Shown: in pieces, positions 46,940 to 55,319 of the stretch
How the letters are laid out: each line of letters begins with the position of its first letter
Numbering within the stretch: the stretch's first letter is position 1
Assembly: GCA_012517905.1 (NCBI GenBank)
Contig: JAAYUE010000053.1
Coordinates: 9,750 to 73,749 of the forward strand
Length of the DNA stretch: 64,000 nt
Source: Clostridiales bacterium
GTDB lineage: Bacteria > Bacillota > Clostridia > Christensenellales > CAG-138
Direction: 5' to 3'
Made by a program: the position numbers and the translations under genes
Notes under the pieces: generated by a model
Database searches by the model: none
What the model saw: only the letters and a program-made list of their open reading frames with translations
Told to the model about the DNA's origin: nothing

Positions 46940-49261
46940 TTATAACGCCAGCACCTCTTGAACGAAGATGCGGGCGATGCGGGGGTCGAACTGCGTTCCG
47001 GCGTTTCGCAGAATTTCCGCCGCGGCCTCTTCCCTGCCGCGCGGCTTGCTGTAGATGCGTTCGTTCGTCATCGCGTCGAATGCGTCCACCACCGCCAGAA
47101 TGCGCGCCAGAATCGGAATCTCTTCGCCGACGAGCCCGCGCGGGTAACCTTTGCCGTCCCAGCGTTCGTGATGCGAGAGGATGTATTCCGAAATCGGCGC
47201 CAAATCCACGTTGTTCTGCGCAATGCGGAAGCCGATCTCGGGATGTTTTCGCATCTCCAGCCACTCCGCTTCGGTCAGCGGGCCGGGTTTTCTGAGAATC
47301 GCGTCGTTGATGCCGACCTTGCCGATGTCGTGCAGCATGGCAAAGAGGGACATTTCGTCCAGCTCTTTTGCGGAGATGCCGAGTATCTTGCCAATCTGCC
47401 CGCAGTGGTTCTGCAGCCGCTCCGCGTGCTCCTCCGTCTCCTCGCTCTTGGCCTCGAGCGTAGAGCGCAGCGCATTGATCACGCTGCTGCGAAAGCTCTT
47501 TTCAATCATGAGCTTGCGCCGGTAGGTCAGCTGCTCGGCTTCGCGCAGGACGTTGTGGATGCTATCGCCGCCGGCCGTCTTCAGCGCGTACCCCAGCGCG
47601 ATGCTGAGCTGCAGCTTCTCATCGCTCTCCAGGATACAGCGCGCAAGGATGCGCTCGATCAGCTGTTCGACGTCGGCCGCGGTCGCGTCCGGCATCAGGA
47701 TGAGAAATTCGTCCCCGCCCCACCGGCTGACGATATCTTTCACCGAACAACTGGTATGCAGGATATGCGCGATATTCTGGATAAACCGGTCGCCTTCATT
47801 GTGCCCGAAAGCGTCGTTGACCAGCTTCAGGCCGTTGAGATCCCCCATGATCAGCGCGCACCCGACCTCCGGCATCGTTTCGTATTTTTTGAGCAGTTCC
47901 TCCATATACCAGCGATTGTACAGCCCGGTCATGGAGTCATGCGACATGATGTATTCGACCCTGTCGCGGTGCGCTTTTTCCTCCGTGACATCGCGGAAGA
48001 CCATGACCACGCCATAGATTTTTCCGTCGCTGTCCCGAATCGGGGATGCGCCGTCGGCAATCGGGATCTTGTCGCCGGAGCGGTTCACCAGCGCGGTGTG
48101 GTTGGCAAGGCCGACGATTTCGCCGGTCTCCAGCACTTTTTCAATCGGCGAATTCGCGGGCTCCTCCGTCTCCTCGTTGATCAGATGCAGCACTTCCGAA
48201 AACTGTCTTCCGAGCGCGTCGTCTTCCCAGCCGGACATCCGCCGCGCAGTGGGGTTGAGCAGTGTGATCACACCGTCTATGCCGGTGGCGACGACGCCGT
48301 CGCCGATCGACTGGAGCGTGATATTCAAGAGCTCCTTTTCGTGCACCAGCTCCTGTGTCTTTTTGCGCACCTCAGCGCGCAGCCTGTAGTTCCAGAGCGT
48401 GATGAACAGCAGCACGCTGCCGACCACGACCACGCCGATGAGCAGATATTCGAGAAAATAGGATACATAGATCAAAACGCTCTCGCGTCCGAACCATTTG
48501 CCCTCGATCCGCTGCAGCTCGCTTGGGGAAATCCGGGAAAACCCTTCCTCGACAAGACGGAGCGTCTCCGCGTCCCCCTGCTGGACCGCGCGGTGAAACT
48601 GGCCGGAATAGAGGGAGTCGCTCCGGCTGAACCGGTTTGCGATGCCCTTTTGATACAGATAATAGAGCGCGGGCGGCTCGTCCACGACAAACACGCTGAC
48701 CTGTCCGTCTTTCGCCGCGTCGATGACCGCCTCATAGCTGGGGTATTCGGCGATGTCCGTCACCCCCGCCGCCTGCAGAATCGGAATGCAGCTGTCCCCC
48801 GCCTTGACCGCGACGGTGAATCCCGCAAGCGACGCGGCGTCCGTGATGCCGCCGATTTTATTGCTGTGAAAGATGGGCACGTCGATCGTTACATATGGGT
48901 CGGAAAAGTCCAGCCACGTCTCGCGCTCCTCGTTAAAAAACGCGGTGTCGATCACATCGTACCGGCCGCTTTTCATACCCGCCAGCGCGTCCGCCCAGTC
49001 CATCGCATCGATGTTGGCCGTCACGCCGGTCTTCTCGCTCCACAGCGCCCATTCGTCGATCAGAATGCCCTGCAGCTCCCCTTGCGCGTTGCGAAAGACG
49101 TAGGGCGGATAGTTGTCGTCCATCACCACGGTGATCATCCGCCGGTTTCCCGTTTCAACCGGGGCGGGCGCGCGCGATTTTCGCATCAGCAGGAAACCGA
49201 TCGCCGCGAGCAGCATGACGGCAAGAAGCACCAGAAGATATCCCATAGACTTTCTTTTCAT
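46940..49261 (-). CDS. Membrane sensor: periplasmic amino-acid-binding (SBP family 3) domain, TM, PAS, GGDEF, HD-GYP
   Basis: ORF 46940..49285. Start at ATG 49261 (MKRKSMGYLLVLLAV). RWGGDEFLILMP with no RxxD just upstream. HD-GYP motifs LHDIGK and HHERWDGKGYP. Confidence 0.9.
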   Translation of the reverse strand: MKRKSMGYLLVLLAVMLLAAIGFLLMRKSRAPAPVETGNRRMITVVMDDNYPPYVFRNAQGELQGILIDEWALWSEKTGVTANIDAMDWADALAGMKSGRYDVIDTAFFNEERETWLDFSDPYVTIDVPIFHSNKIGGITDAASLAGFTVAVKAGDSCIPILQAAGVTDIAEYPSYEAVIDAAKDGQVSVFVVDEPPALYYLYQKGIANRFSRSDSLYSGQFHRAVQQGDAETLRLVEEGFSRISPSELQRIEGKWFGRESVLIYVSYFLEYLLIGVVVVGSVLLFITLWNYRLRAEVRKKTQELVHEKELLNITLQSIGDGVVATGIDGVITLLNPTARRMSGWEDDALGRQFSEVLHLINEETEEPANSPIEKVLETGEIVGLANHTALVNRSGDKIPIADGASPIRDSDGKIYGVVMVFRDVTEEKAHRDRVEYIMSHDSMTGLYNRWYMEELLKKYETMPEVGCALIMGDLNGLKLVNDAFGHNEGDRFIQNIAHILHTSCSVKDIVSRWGGDEFLILMPDATAADVEQLIERILARCILESDEKLQLSIALGYALKTAGGDSIHNVLREAEQLTYRRKLMIEKSFRSSVINALRSTLEAKSEETEEHAERLQNHCGQIGKILGISAKELDEMSLFAMLHDIGKVGINDAILRKPGPLTEAEWLEMRKHPEIGFRIAQNNVDLAPISEYILSHHERWDGKGYPRGLVGEEIPILARILAVVDAFDAMTNERIYSKPRGREEAAAEILRNAGTQFDPRIARIFVQEVLAL

Positions 49262-49456
49262 TCGCCGTCGCCGCCTTTCCAGCAAAAATCAATTCAAGGC
49301 GCACATGCGCGCCGGTAAGGTCTCGGGTCGTTGCATTCTGCGGGGTTCGTCAGGGGAAAGAAATCGCACTTTCTTTTATTGTATTCGGTATGCCATACCC
49401 CGTCAATGCAGAATTTATCTGTCTATTATCTCACAAAAGCATAACGCTTTGTTCCA

Positions 49457-49494
49457 TAAAAAATACGGCCGTCCAAAAATGACGGCCGTATTTT
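49457..49494 (-). terminator. Rho-independent terminator of the second Liv-type operon
   Basis: ATACGGCCGTC-CAAAAAT-GACGGCCGTAT. The plus-strand A6 gives a U tract on the minus strand. Confidence 0.85.
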
Positions 49495-49513
49495 ATCGCT
49501 TTGCTCTGTTTTC

Positions 49514-50224
49514 TCAGGTCCCCAGATACGCGGCCTTGACCGCCTCGTTGACCAGCAGCTCTTTCCCCGGTCCGGTCATGGTGATGCGCCCCGTCTCGAG
49601 CACATAGCCCGTGTCCGCCGTGGAGAGCGCCATGTTCGCGTTTTGTTCGATCAGCAGAATCGTCACGCCGCGCTTGTTGATCTCCTTGATGATGCTGAAG
49701 ATATCCCGCACGATCAGCGGCGCGAGGCCGAGCGAAGGCTCGTCCATCATCATGAGCTTCGGACGGCTCATGAGCGCGCGGCCGACCGCGAGCATCTGCT
49801 GCTCGCCGCCGGAGAGCGTGCCGCCGGCCTGCCAGGACCGTTCCTTCAGGCGCGGAAACAGCTCGTAGACCCAGTTGATGTCCGGCGTGATATCGTCCTT
49901 TCGCATATACGCGCCGACGCGCAGGTTTTCATACACCGTCAGGTCGGGGAAAATCCTCCGCCCTTCGGGAACGAGCGTGATGCCGCGGCTGACGATGGCC
50001 GTCGTGTCCTTTCCTGCAATGTTGTCGCCCTCGAATTCGATGACGCCGCTTTTGGGCTTGACCAGCCCCGCAATGGCGCGCAGCGTGGAACTCTTGCCCG
50101 CGCCGTTTGCGCCGATGAGCGTGACGATGTGCCCCTTCGGCACGTCGAAACTGATGCCCTTGACGGCCTCGATGCCGCCGTAGTTGACCTTGAGGTCTTT
50201 GATGCTCAGAATCGTGTCGCTCAT
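49514..50224 (-). CDS. ABC ATP-binding protein, LivF-like (second operon)
   Basis: 236-aa ORF. GANGAGKSS, LSGGEQQML. ATGA overlap with the upstream gene. Confidence 0.93.
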   Translation of the reverse strand: MSDTILSIKDLKVNYGGIEAVKGISFDVPKGHIVTLIGANGAGKSSTLRAIAGLVKPKSGVIEFEGDNIAGKDTTAIVSRGITLVPEGRRIFPDLTVYENLRVGAYMRKDDITPDINWVYELFPRLKERSWQAGGTLSGGEQQMLAVGRALMSRPKLMMMDEPSLGLAPLIVRDIFSIIKEINKRGVTILLIEQNANMALSTADTGYVLETGRITMTGPGKELLVNEAVKAAYLGT

Positions 50225-51063
50225 TCGCTCACCCCCAGATACGCGTTGATGACCTTCGGGTCCGCCTGCACGACGGCGGGCGTACCGTGGCTGATGAGCC
50301 GGCCAAAGTCGATAACATAGATGCGGTCGGAAAACTGCATGACCAGGTCCATATGGTGTTCGATCATGAAGACCGTCAGCTGATACTTGTTCTTGATCTG
50401 CACGATGAACTCGCCGAGCTCCTGCGTCTCCTGCGGATTCATGCCCGCGGCGGGCTCGTCCAGCAGCAGCAGCTTGGGCTCCGTCGCAAGCGCGCGGGCA
50501 ATCTCCAGCCGCCGCTGCAGGCCGTAAGGCAGGCTCACGGCAAGATCGCTTGCATACTGCAGCAGGTTCTGCTCCTCCAGCAGCGCGGCGGTCTCCTCGC
50601 GCATACGCTTTTCCTCCTGATAGGTGAGGCGCAGCGTGGCGGAAAACACGTTTTGCCTGGCGCGCATGTGCTTTGCGGTGAGCACGTTGTCAAACACCGT
50701 CATGCTCTTCCAGAGCCGGATATTCTGGAAGGTACGCGCGATGCCGAGTTTGGTCACTTGATCCGGCGTGGGGTCCACCGTGCGGACGCCGGTATACCGC
50801 TTTGCGTTTTCACCCGCGTAGAGTTTTTTCATCTTTCCGCGCGGGTGGTTCGCCACGATGGTTTTCCCGTCGAAGGAGATCATGCCGTTCGTGGGGTCGT
50901 AGATGCCCGTCACGCAGTTGAAGGCGGTGGTCTTTCCCGCGCCGTTGGGGCCGATGAGCGCGACGATCTCGCCCTTGTTGACCTCGAGCGAAAGGTTGTT
51001 GACGGCGACGACGCCGCCGAACTGCATGGTTACGTTTTCAAGACGCAGCACGTTCTCAGCCAT
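50221..51063 (-). CDS. ABC ATP-binding protein, LivG-like (second operon)
   Basis: 280-aa ORF with GPNGAGKTT. Confidence 0.93.
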   Translation of the reverse strand: MAENVLRLENVTMQFGGVVAVNNLSLEVNKGEIVALIGPNGAGKTTAFNCVTGIYDPTNGMISFDGKTIVANHPRGKMKKLYAGENAKRYTGVRTVDPTPDQVTKLGIARTFQNIRLWKSMTVFDNVLTAKHMRARQNVFSATLRLTYQEEKRMREETAALLEEQNLLQYASDLAVSLPYGLQRRLEIARALATEPKLLLLDEPAAGMNPQETQELGEFIVQIKNKYQLTVFMIEHHMDLVMQFSDRIYVIDFGRLISHGTPAVVQADPKVINAYLGVSE

Positions 51064-52183
51064 CGATACCGCCTCCTTTCGTCGCGCCGGCGGTTTGTCG
51101 CCTGTTGAAGCGCCGGATCAGCCCGGCAAACGAAATCTCCCGATCCCCCATGAGCCCTCTCGAGAAGAAGAGCACGATCATCATGATGATGATGGAAAAC
51201 ACGAACCGCCGGAAGCCGGAGCGGAAGAGGTTCGGCGCGTCGATGCCGAGGAACTTGCCCATATCCAGCCCGCGCAGCCACCATTCGGAAGCCGCGATGT
51301 AGAGAAAGCTCGCGATGCAGCTGCCGGAGATGGAGCCGATGCCACCGATGACCACAATGAGCAGCAGCTCATAGGTCATCGCCGCCTTGAACTGCGCCGC
51401 CTGCACGGTGTACTGATACATCGCCAGCAGCGCGCCGGAAACGCCCGCGAAAAACGAGCTGATGACGAAGCTCATCTCCTTATGCTTGAAGAGGTTGATG
51501 CCCATCGCCTCCGCGGCCACCTCGTCGTCCCGAATGGCCTTGAACGCGCGCCCGTAGGACGAGTTGATCAGCAGCACGATGAGCGCGATGCAAACGCCCG
51601 CCGCGAGAAAGACGTACAGCGTCGGCGGAAACGGGATGTCCGTAAACGGGATTTTCACATCCGTCAGGTCGAGATAGTTGCGCATGACGTTCGCGCCGTT
51701 GGTCACGGGGCCGAGCACGTCCCACTGGAAGATGGCGCGGATGATCTCGGCAAAGCCGAGGGACGCGATGGCCAGATAGTCCGACTTGAGCCGCAGCACC
51801 GGCAGGCCGATCAGCGCGGCAAACAGCGCCGCGGCAAGCCCGGCGCAGATGAGGCCGACGAAGATGCCCGTATCGAACTTTACCGCCGCCTCGTAATATT
51901 TGTACACCGATTCGGTGAGCTTCACCGCCGTCGGCATGGTGAAGATGGAATAGGTATACGCGCCGATGAGCATGAAGCCCGCCTGCCCCAGAGAGAAGAG
52001 GCCGGTAAAGCCGTTGAGCAGGTTCATCGACACCGCGACGAGCGAATAGATCGCGCCCTTTTTGAGCACGGTGAATATGATGTGGTTGTTGTCCATGGTC
52101 TGCTCCAGAATGGCCACCGCGACATAGATCAGGGCGATTGCCGCGAACGCGATCCAGAGTTCCGCTTTGTTTTTCTTTTTCAT
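51056..52183 (-). CDS. ABC permease, LivM-like (second operon)
   Basis: 375-aa multi-TM ORF overlapping the next gene by 8 nt. Confidence 0.9.
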   Translation of the reverse strand: MKKKNKAELWIAFAAIALIYVAVAILEQTMDNNHIIFTVLKKGAIYSLVAVSMNLLNGFTGLFSLGQAGFMLIGAYTYSIFTMPTAVKLTESVYKYYEAAVKFDTGIFVGLICAGLAAALFAALIGLPVLRLKSDYLAIASLGFAEIIRAIFQWDVLGPVTNGANVMRNYLDLTDVKIPFTDIPFPPTLYVFLAAGVCIALIVLLINSSYGRAFKAIRDDEVAAEAMGINLFKHKEMSFVISSFFAGVSGALLAMYQYTVQAAQFKAAMTYELLLIVVIGGIGSISGSCIASFLYIAASEWWLRGLDMGKFLGIDAPNLFRSGFRRFVFSIIIMMIVLFFSRGLMGDREISFAGLIRRFNRRQTAGATKGGGIDG

Positions 52184-52195
52184 GCGCTCGCCTCC

Positions 52196-53110
52196 TTACG
52201 CCTTGTCCGTGGCTTTTTCACCGAACAGGCCGGTTGGCTTGACCACGAGAATGATGATCAACAGCGCGAAGGTGAACGCGTCCGAAAACGTCGTCCAGCC
52301 GCTGCCGCCAAAGCCGAAAATCGAGCTGCCGCCTTTGATGATGTTCTCCGCAATGCCGATGATAAACGCGCCGATCACCGCGCCGGGGATGCTGCCGATG
52401 CCGCCGAACACCGCGGCGACGAAGCACTTGAGCCCCGGCATGCCGCCGGAGATGGGCGTGACGGACGCATAGTTCGTAAAGTACAGCATGGAGCCGACCG
52501 CCGCGAGGAAAGAGCCGATCACGAACGTGACCGATATGACCGTATTGATGCGGATGCCCATGAGTCGGCTGGTTTCAAAGTCCTTGGAGACCGCGCGCAT
52601 GGCCATGCCGACCTTGGTGTACTTGATGAGCAGCGAAAGCAGCACCACGAGCACAATGGTCAGAATCGGCGTAACCAGCGTGACCATCTTGGTGGTCGAA
52701 CCCCAGATGGTGACCGTCCGGCTCAGCCACGGAATCGTAGGATACACTTTGGCAAGGCCGCCTGTGAAGTACAGCGCGGCGTTCTGCAGCAGGTATGAAA
52801 CGCCGATGGCACTGATCATGACGGACATGCGCGGCGCGGTGCGCAGCGGCTTATAGGCCGCGCGCTCGATGAGAAAGCCCAGCAGCACCGTCAGCACGAG
52901 CACGAGCGGGATGGACACGCTCATCGGCAGCGTGGTCGAGAGGTATACCATCATCAGGCCCGCGCACATGAACACGTCGCCATGGGCGAAGTTGATCAGC
53001 CGCAGGATACCGTATACCATCGTATACCCGATGGCGATGAGCGCATACTGGCCGCCGACCGATATTCCCGAGAGAATATACGAGAGGTTGGCGTGCAAAA
53101 AATCAAGCAT
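52196..53110 (-). CDS. ABC permease, LivH-like (second operon)
   Basis: ORF 52196..53173. ATG 53110 has GGAGG 8 nt upstream. Reads GGQYALIAIGYTMVYG. Confidence 0.9.
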   Translation of the reverse strand: MLDFLHANLSYILSGISVGGQYALIAIGYTMVYGILRLINFAHGDVFMCAGLMMVYLSTTLPMSVSIPLVLVLTVLLGFLIERAAYKPLRTAPRMSVMISAIGVSYLLQNAALYFTGGLAKVYPTIPWLSRTVTIWGSTTKMVTLVTPILTIVLVVLLSLLIKYTKVGMAMRAVSKDFETSRLMGIRINTVISVTFVIGSFLAAVGSMLYFTNYASVTPISGGMPGLKCFVAAVFGGIGSIPGAVIGAFIIGIAENIIKGGSSIFGFGGSGWTTFSDAFTFALLIIILVVKPTGLFGEKATDKA

Positions 53111-53126
53111 TGATTTGCCTCCATCT

Positions 53127-53173
53127 ATGCCGCTTGAACGGGAAACGGCACGCGTTTCCCGTTCAAGCGGCAT
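53127..53173 (-). other. Very strong intercistronic hairpin (20-bp perfect stem)
   Basis: ATGCCGCTTGAACGGGAAAC-GGCACGC-GTTTCCCGTTCAAGCGGCAT, 16 nt upstream of the permease start. Confidence 0.8.
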
Positions 53174-53244
53174 GCGAATCGTTGAACCGGCGGCTGTCCG
53201 CGCCGCCGCGATGGCGGAGCAAAGATTTCAGCCGCTTACGAAGC

Positions 53245-53272
53245 GCGGCGGGGGTAGATCTACCCCCGCCGC
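53245..53272 (-). other. Perfect 28-nt palindrome/hairpin just after the binding-protein gene
   Basis: GCGGCGGGGGTAGATCTACCCCCGCCGC. The T tract is on the plus strand only. Confidence 0.75.
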
Positions 53273-53287
53273 TTTTCCTAGCGTCAA

Positions 53288-54496
53288 TCAGCCGATCGTA
53301 ACCGGGGGCAGGGCGTCCCACGCGCCGGTTTCGTTGTTGCAGTGTTTGACATAAGCCGTGTTGCGAATCGCGTCGCCGTTGACCTGATCGAGGGCGATCG
53401 GGCCGGAGACACCGGTATACGTGGTGCTCCAGAGCGCTTCCATGATGGCGGCGGGCTCGATGCTGCCGGCCTTCTTCATGGCCTCGAGCGCAAAGAAGTA
53501 CGCGTCGTAACCCATCGCGGTAACCGCGGCGACCGTGTCGTCCCCGCCGTTGTTGGCAAGGCGCGTCGCGTCGGCGTTGACCCACTCTTTGAAGCTGCTG
53601 TCGAATTCGGCGTTCGCGCCCTCGGGATAGAAGGTGGTGACGGTGACGTCAACGTTCTTGCCCTTGGCGGCCTGGAGGATGACGTTGCTGTCCCACGTGT
53701 CGCCCGCAAGGATCGGCATGCCCAGAGACTGGGACTCGGCCTGGTCGATGATGAGCTGCGCGGCTTCCGTGGACACCGGCGAGAAGAAGACTTCCGCGCC
53801 GCTGTTCTTGGCGTTGTTGATGTAGCTGGTAAAGTCGCTGTTGCCGTCCGGGAAGGTATCCTGCACGCAGGTGCCGCCGAGCGCCTCAAACGCCTTGACG
53901 AAATAGTTCACAAGGCCGCCGGAGTAGTCGTCGCCGAGCTTGGAGAGGCAGTACGCCGTCTTCACGCCGAGCGTGCTGAACGCATAGTTCGCCAGAACGG
54001 TGCCCTGGAACGGGTCGAGGAAGCAGATGCGGAAATAGTGCGTGTTGCCCTCGGTGACCTGCGGGTTGGTGCAGGTAATGCCGATGCAGGGGATGCCCGC
54101 CGCTTCAAACGTCGGGGACGCCGCGATGGACACGCCCGAGCCGTAGGAGCCGAGCACGACCGATACGCCCGCCGAAACCAGCGTGGACGCAGCGGAGGCC
54201 GCCTTGTCGTTGGAGCTCTCGTTGTCTACCTTGACGAGCTGAACATCATACGTCGTTCCGTTGATTTCAACGGTAGGGCTCACGTCGTTTGCATATTCGA
54301 TGCCAAGAGTTTCCTGTTTGCCGCCCGCGCCGTTGTCGCCGGATGCGGGTTCGTAGACGCCGACCTTCACGACAGGATTGCCGGAAGCGCTCTGGTCCGC
54401 GGCGGCGGTGTCGGTCGTGGTCGCGGCCGGCGCCGAACACGCGGCAGTCGACACGACGAGTACGAGCACCAATAGGATTGCTGCCAGTTTCTTCAT
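53288..54496 (-). CDS. Branched-chain amino-acid type ABC substrate-binding lipoprotein (second operon)
   Basis: ORF 53288..54940. ATG 54496 (MKKLAAILLVLVLVVSTAAC) has GGAGGA 7 nt upstream. Lipobox present. Confidence 0.9.
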   Translation of the reverse strand: MKKLAAILLVLVLVVSTAACSAPAATTTDTAAADQSASGNPVVKVGVYEPASGDNGAGGKQETLGIEYANDVSPTVEINGTTYDVQLVKVDNESSNDKAASAASTLVSAGVSVVLGSYGSGVSIAASPTFEAAGIPCIGITCTNPQVTEGNTHYFRICFLDPFQGTVLANYAFSTLGVKTAYCLSKLGDDYSGGLVNYFVKAFEALGGTCVQDTFPDGNSDFTSYINNAKNSGAEVFFSPVSTEAAQLIIDQAESQSLGMPILAGDTWDSNVILQAAKGKNVDVTVTTFYPEGANAEFDSSFKEWVNADATRLANNGGDDTVAAVTAMGYDAYFFALEAMKKAGSIEPAAIMEALWSTTYTGVSGPIALDQVNGDAIRNTAYVKHCNNETGAWDALPPVTIG

Positions 54497-54577
54497 GAAC
54501 TTTTCCTCCATTTTCTTTTTTCGAAATACAGGATAGGACGCGACGATCGGCCCGAATGCGGGCCGATGCCTAAAAAA

Positions 54578-54606
54578 ATTATAAACGCGATTTTCTCGCC
54601 GCGCAA
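54578..54606 (-). promoter_or_regulatory. Putative promoter of the second Liv-type operon
   Basis: The minus strand reads TTGCGC, 17 nt, TATAAT. A 9-bp hairpin (54546..54567) would sit at the 5-prime end of the transcript. Confidence 0.4.
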
Positions 54607-54933
54607 CCCTTCTATGCACTTCATATGCAATATATAATTTTGGCCGTCCGGTTGTTTCGTAACATCCGTCCAGTTTTGCAAGATCACCAACAGATCGGCC
54701 GTATCTGATGATTTCTGTATGCACATCCAGATTGTCGTCCGCTTTGCGCGGCGACAACGTCCCCTCAAAAATCGATTGGCCGCATGAATATATATGGGAA
54801 TTTTCTTGTTTTTTTGCATGCTCTGCCGCATCGCGGCGCAGCGGCAGGCGGCAGCCGGCACATTCTGCTTGCCGGCTCCCGAAACGACGCGCCGCGGCGG
54901 GAAACCGCGGTGAAAATTTTCTTTCGCCGGCTG

Positions 54934-54962
54934 TTGACAAGCGCCCCGCATTTTTATATACT
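54934..54962 (+). promoter_or_regulatory. Putative pyr operon promoter
   Basis: TTGACA (54934..54939), 17 nt, TATACT (54957..54962), about 360 nt upstream of the pyrB ATG. Confidence 0.55.
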
Positions 54963-54977
54963 ACTCAAAATGAGTAA

Positions 54978-54997
54978 AATCCGAAGAGAAAGGCAGG
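54978..54997 (+). promoter_or_regulatory. PyrR-box-like purine-rich motif 1 (weak match)
   Basis: AAATCCGAAGAGAAAGGCAGG compared with the recalled PyrR loop consensus ARUCCAGAGAGGYU; the match needs a 3-nt insertion. Confidence 0.2.
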
Positions 54998-55094
54998 ACG
55001 CAGTATGAGCCCGCGGGTGGAAGCAAAAAGGACAAAAGACCGCCTCCGCGCTCCTCGTGTTCCCTCCGTTCTTTCCCGTTTGATTTTCGTTTTC

Positions 55095-55142
55095 AAAGCT
55101 TTGACGAAAGGAATTGTCCTTTTCGATCAAAGCTTTTTTATT
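55095..55142 (+). terminator. Leader terminator/attenuator 1 of the pyr operon
   Basis: 18-bp stem with two 1-nt bulges (AAAGCTTTGACGAAAGGA-ATTG-TCCTTTTCGATCAAAGCTTT) followed by TTTATTGCTCTTT. Confidence 0.7.
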
Positions 55143-55195
55143 GCTCTTTACCGCCGTCTTTGCTGCGTCGACAGAATTGCTGTTTTCAAAAGTTC

Positions 55196-55212
55196 AACGC
55201 CAAAGAGGCTTT
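55196..55212 (+). promoter_or_regulatory. PyrR-box-like motif 2
   Basis: ACGCCAAAGAGGCTTTC; 11 of 14 positions match the recalled ARUCCAGAGAGGYU consensus. Confidence 0.3.
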
Positions 55213-55239
55213 CTCCTCAATTCTATATTTGTTTTTCAA

Positions 55240-55266
55240 CATCGGTTTTTTAGCCGGTGTTTTTTT
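55240..55266 (+). terminator. Leader terminator/attenuator 2 of the pyr operon
   Basis: CATCGG-TTTTTTAG-CCGGTG (6 bp including one G-U) followed by T7, 54 nt before the pyrB ATG. Confidence 0.5.
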
Positions 55267-55319
55267 ATGGCCGGACCGCCGGAACGGCGGGGAGCGAACG
55301 AAAGGAGAACCCTAAGAGT

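Noticed and set aside
54610-54930. About 320 nt of apparently empty intergenic DNA between the second liv promoter and the pyr promoter.
   Set aside because: I found one imperfect hairpin (about 54735..54765) but no ORF with an RBS, no repeat family and no RNA-gene signature that I could support. It is left unannotated.
55005-55253. 82-aa ORF inside the pyr leader (possible leader peptide or remnant gene).
   Set aside because: It has no RBS, spans both terminator hairpins, and has no recognisable similarity. It is more simply explained as a chance ORF in an AT-richer leader.
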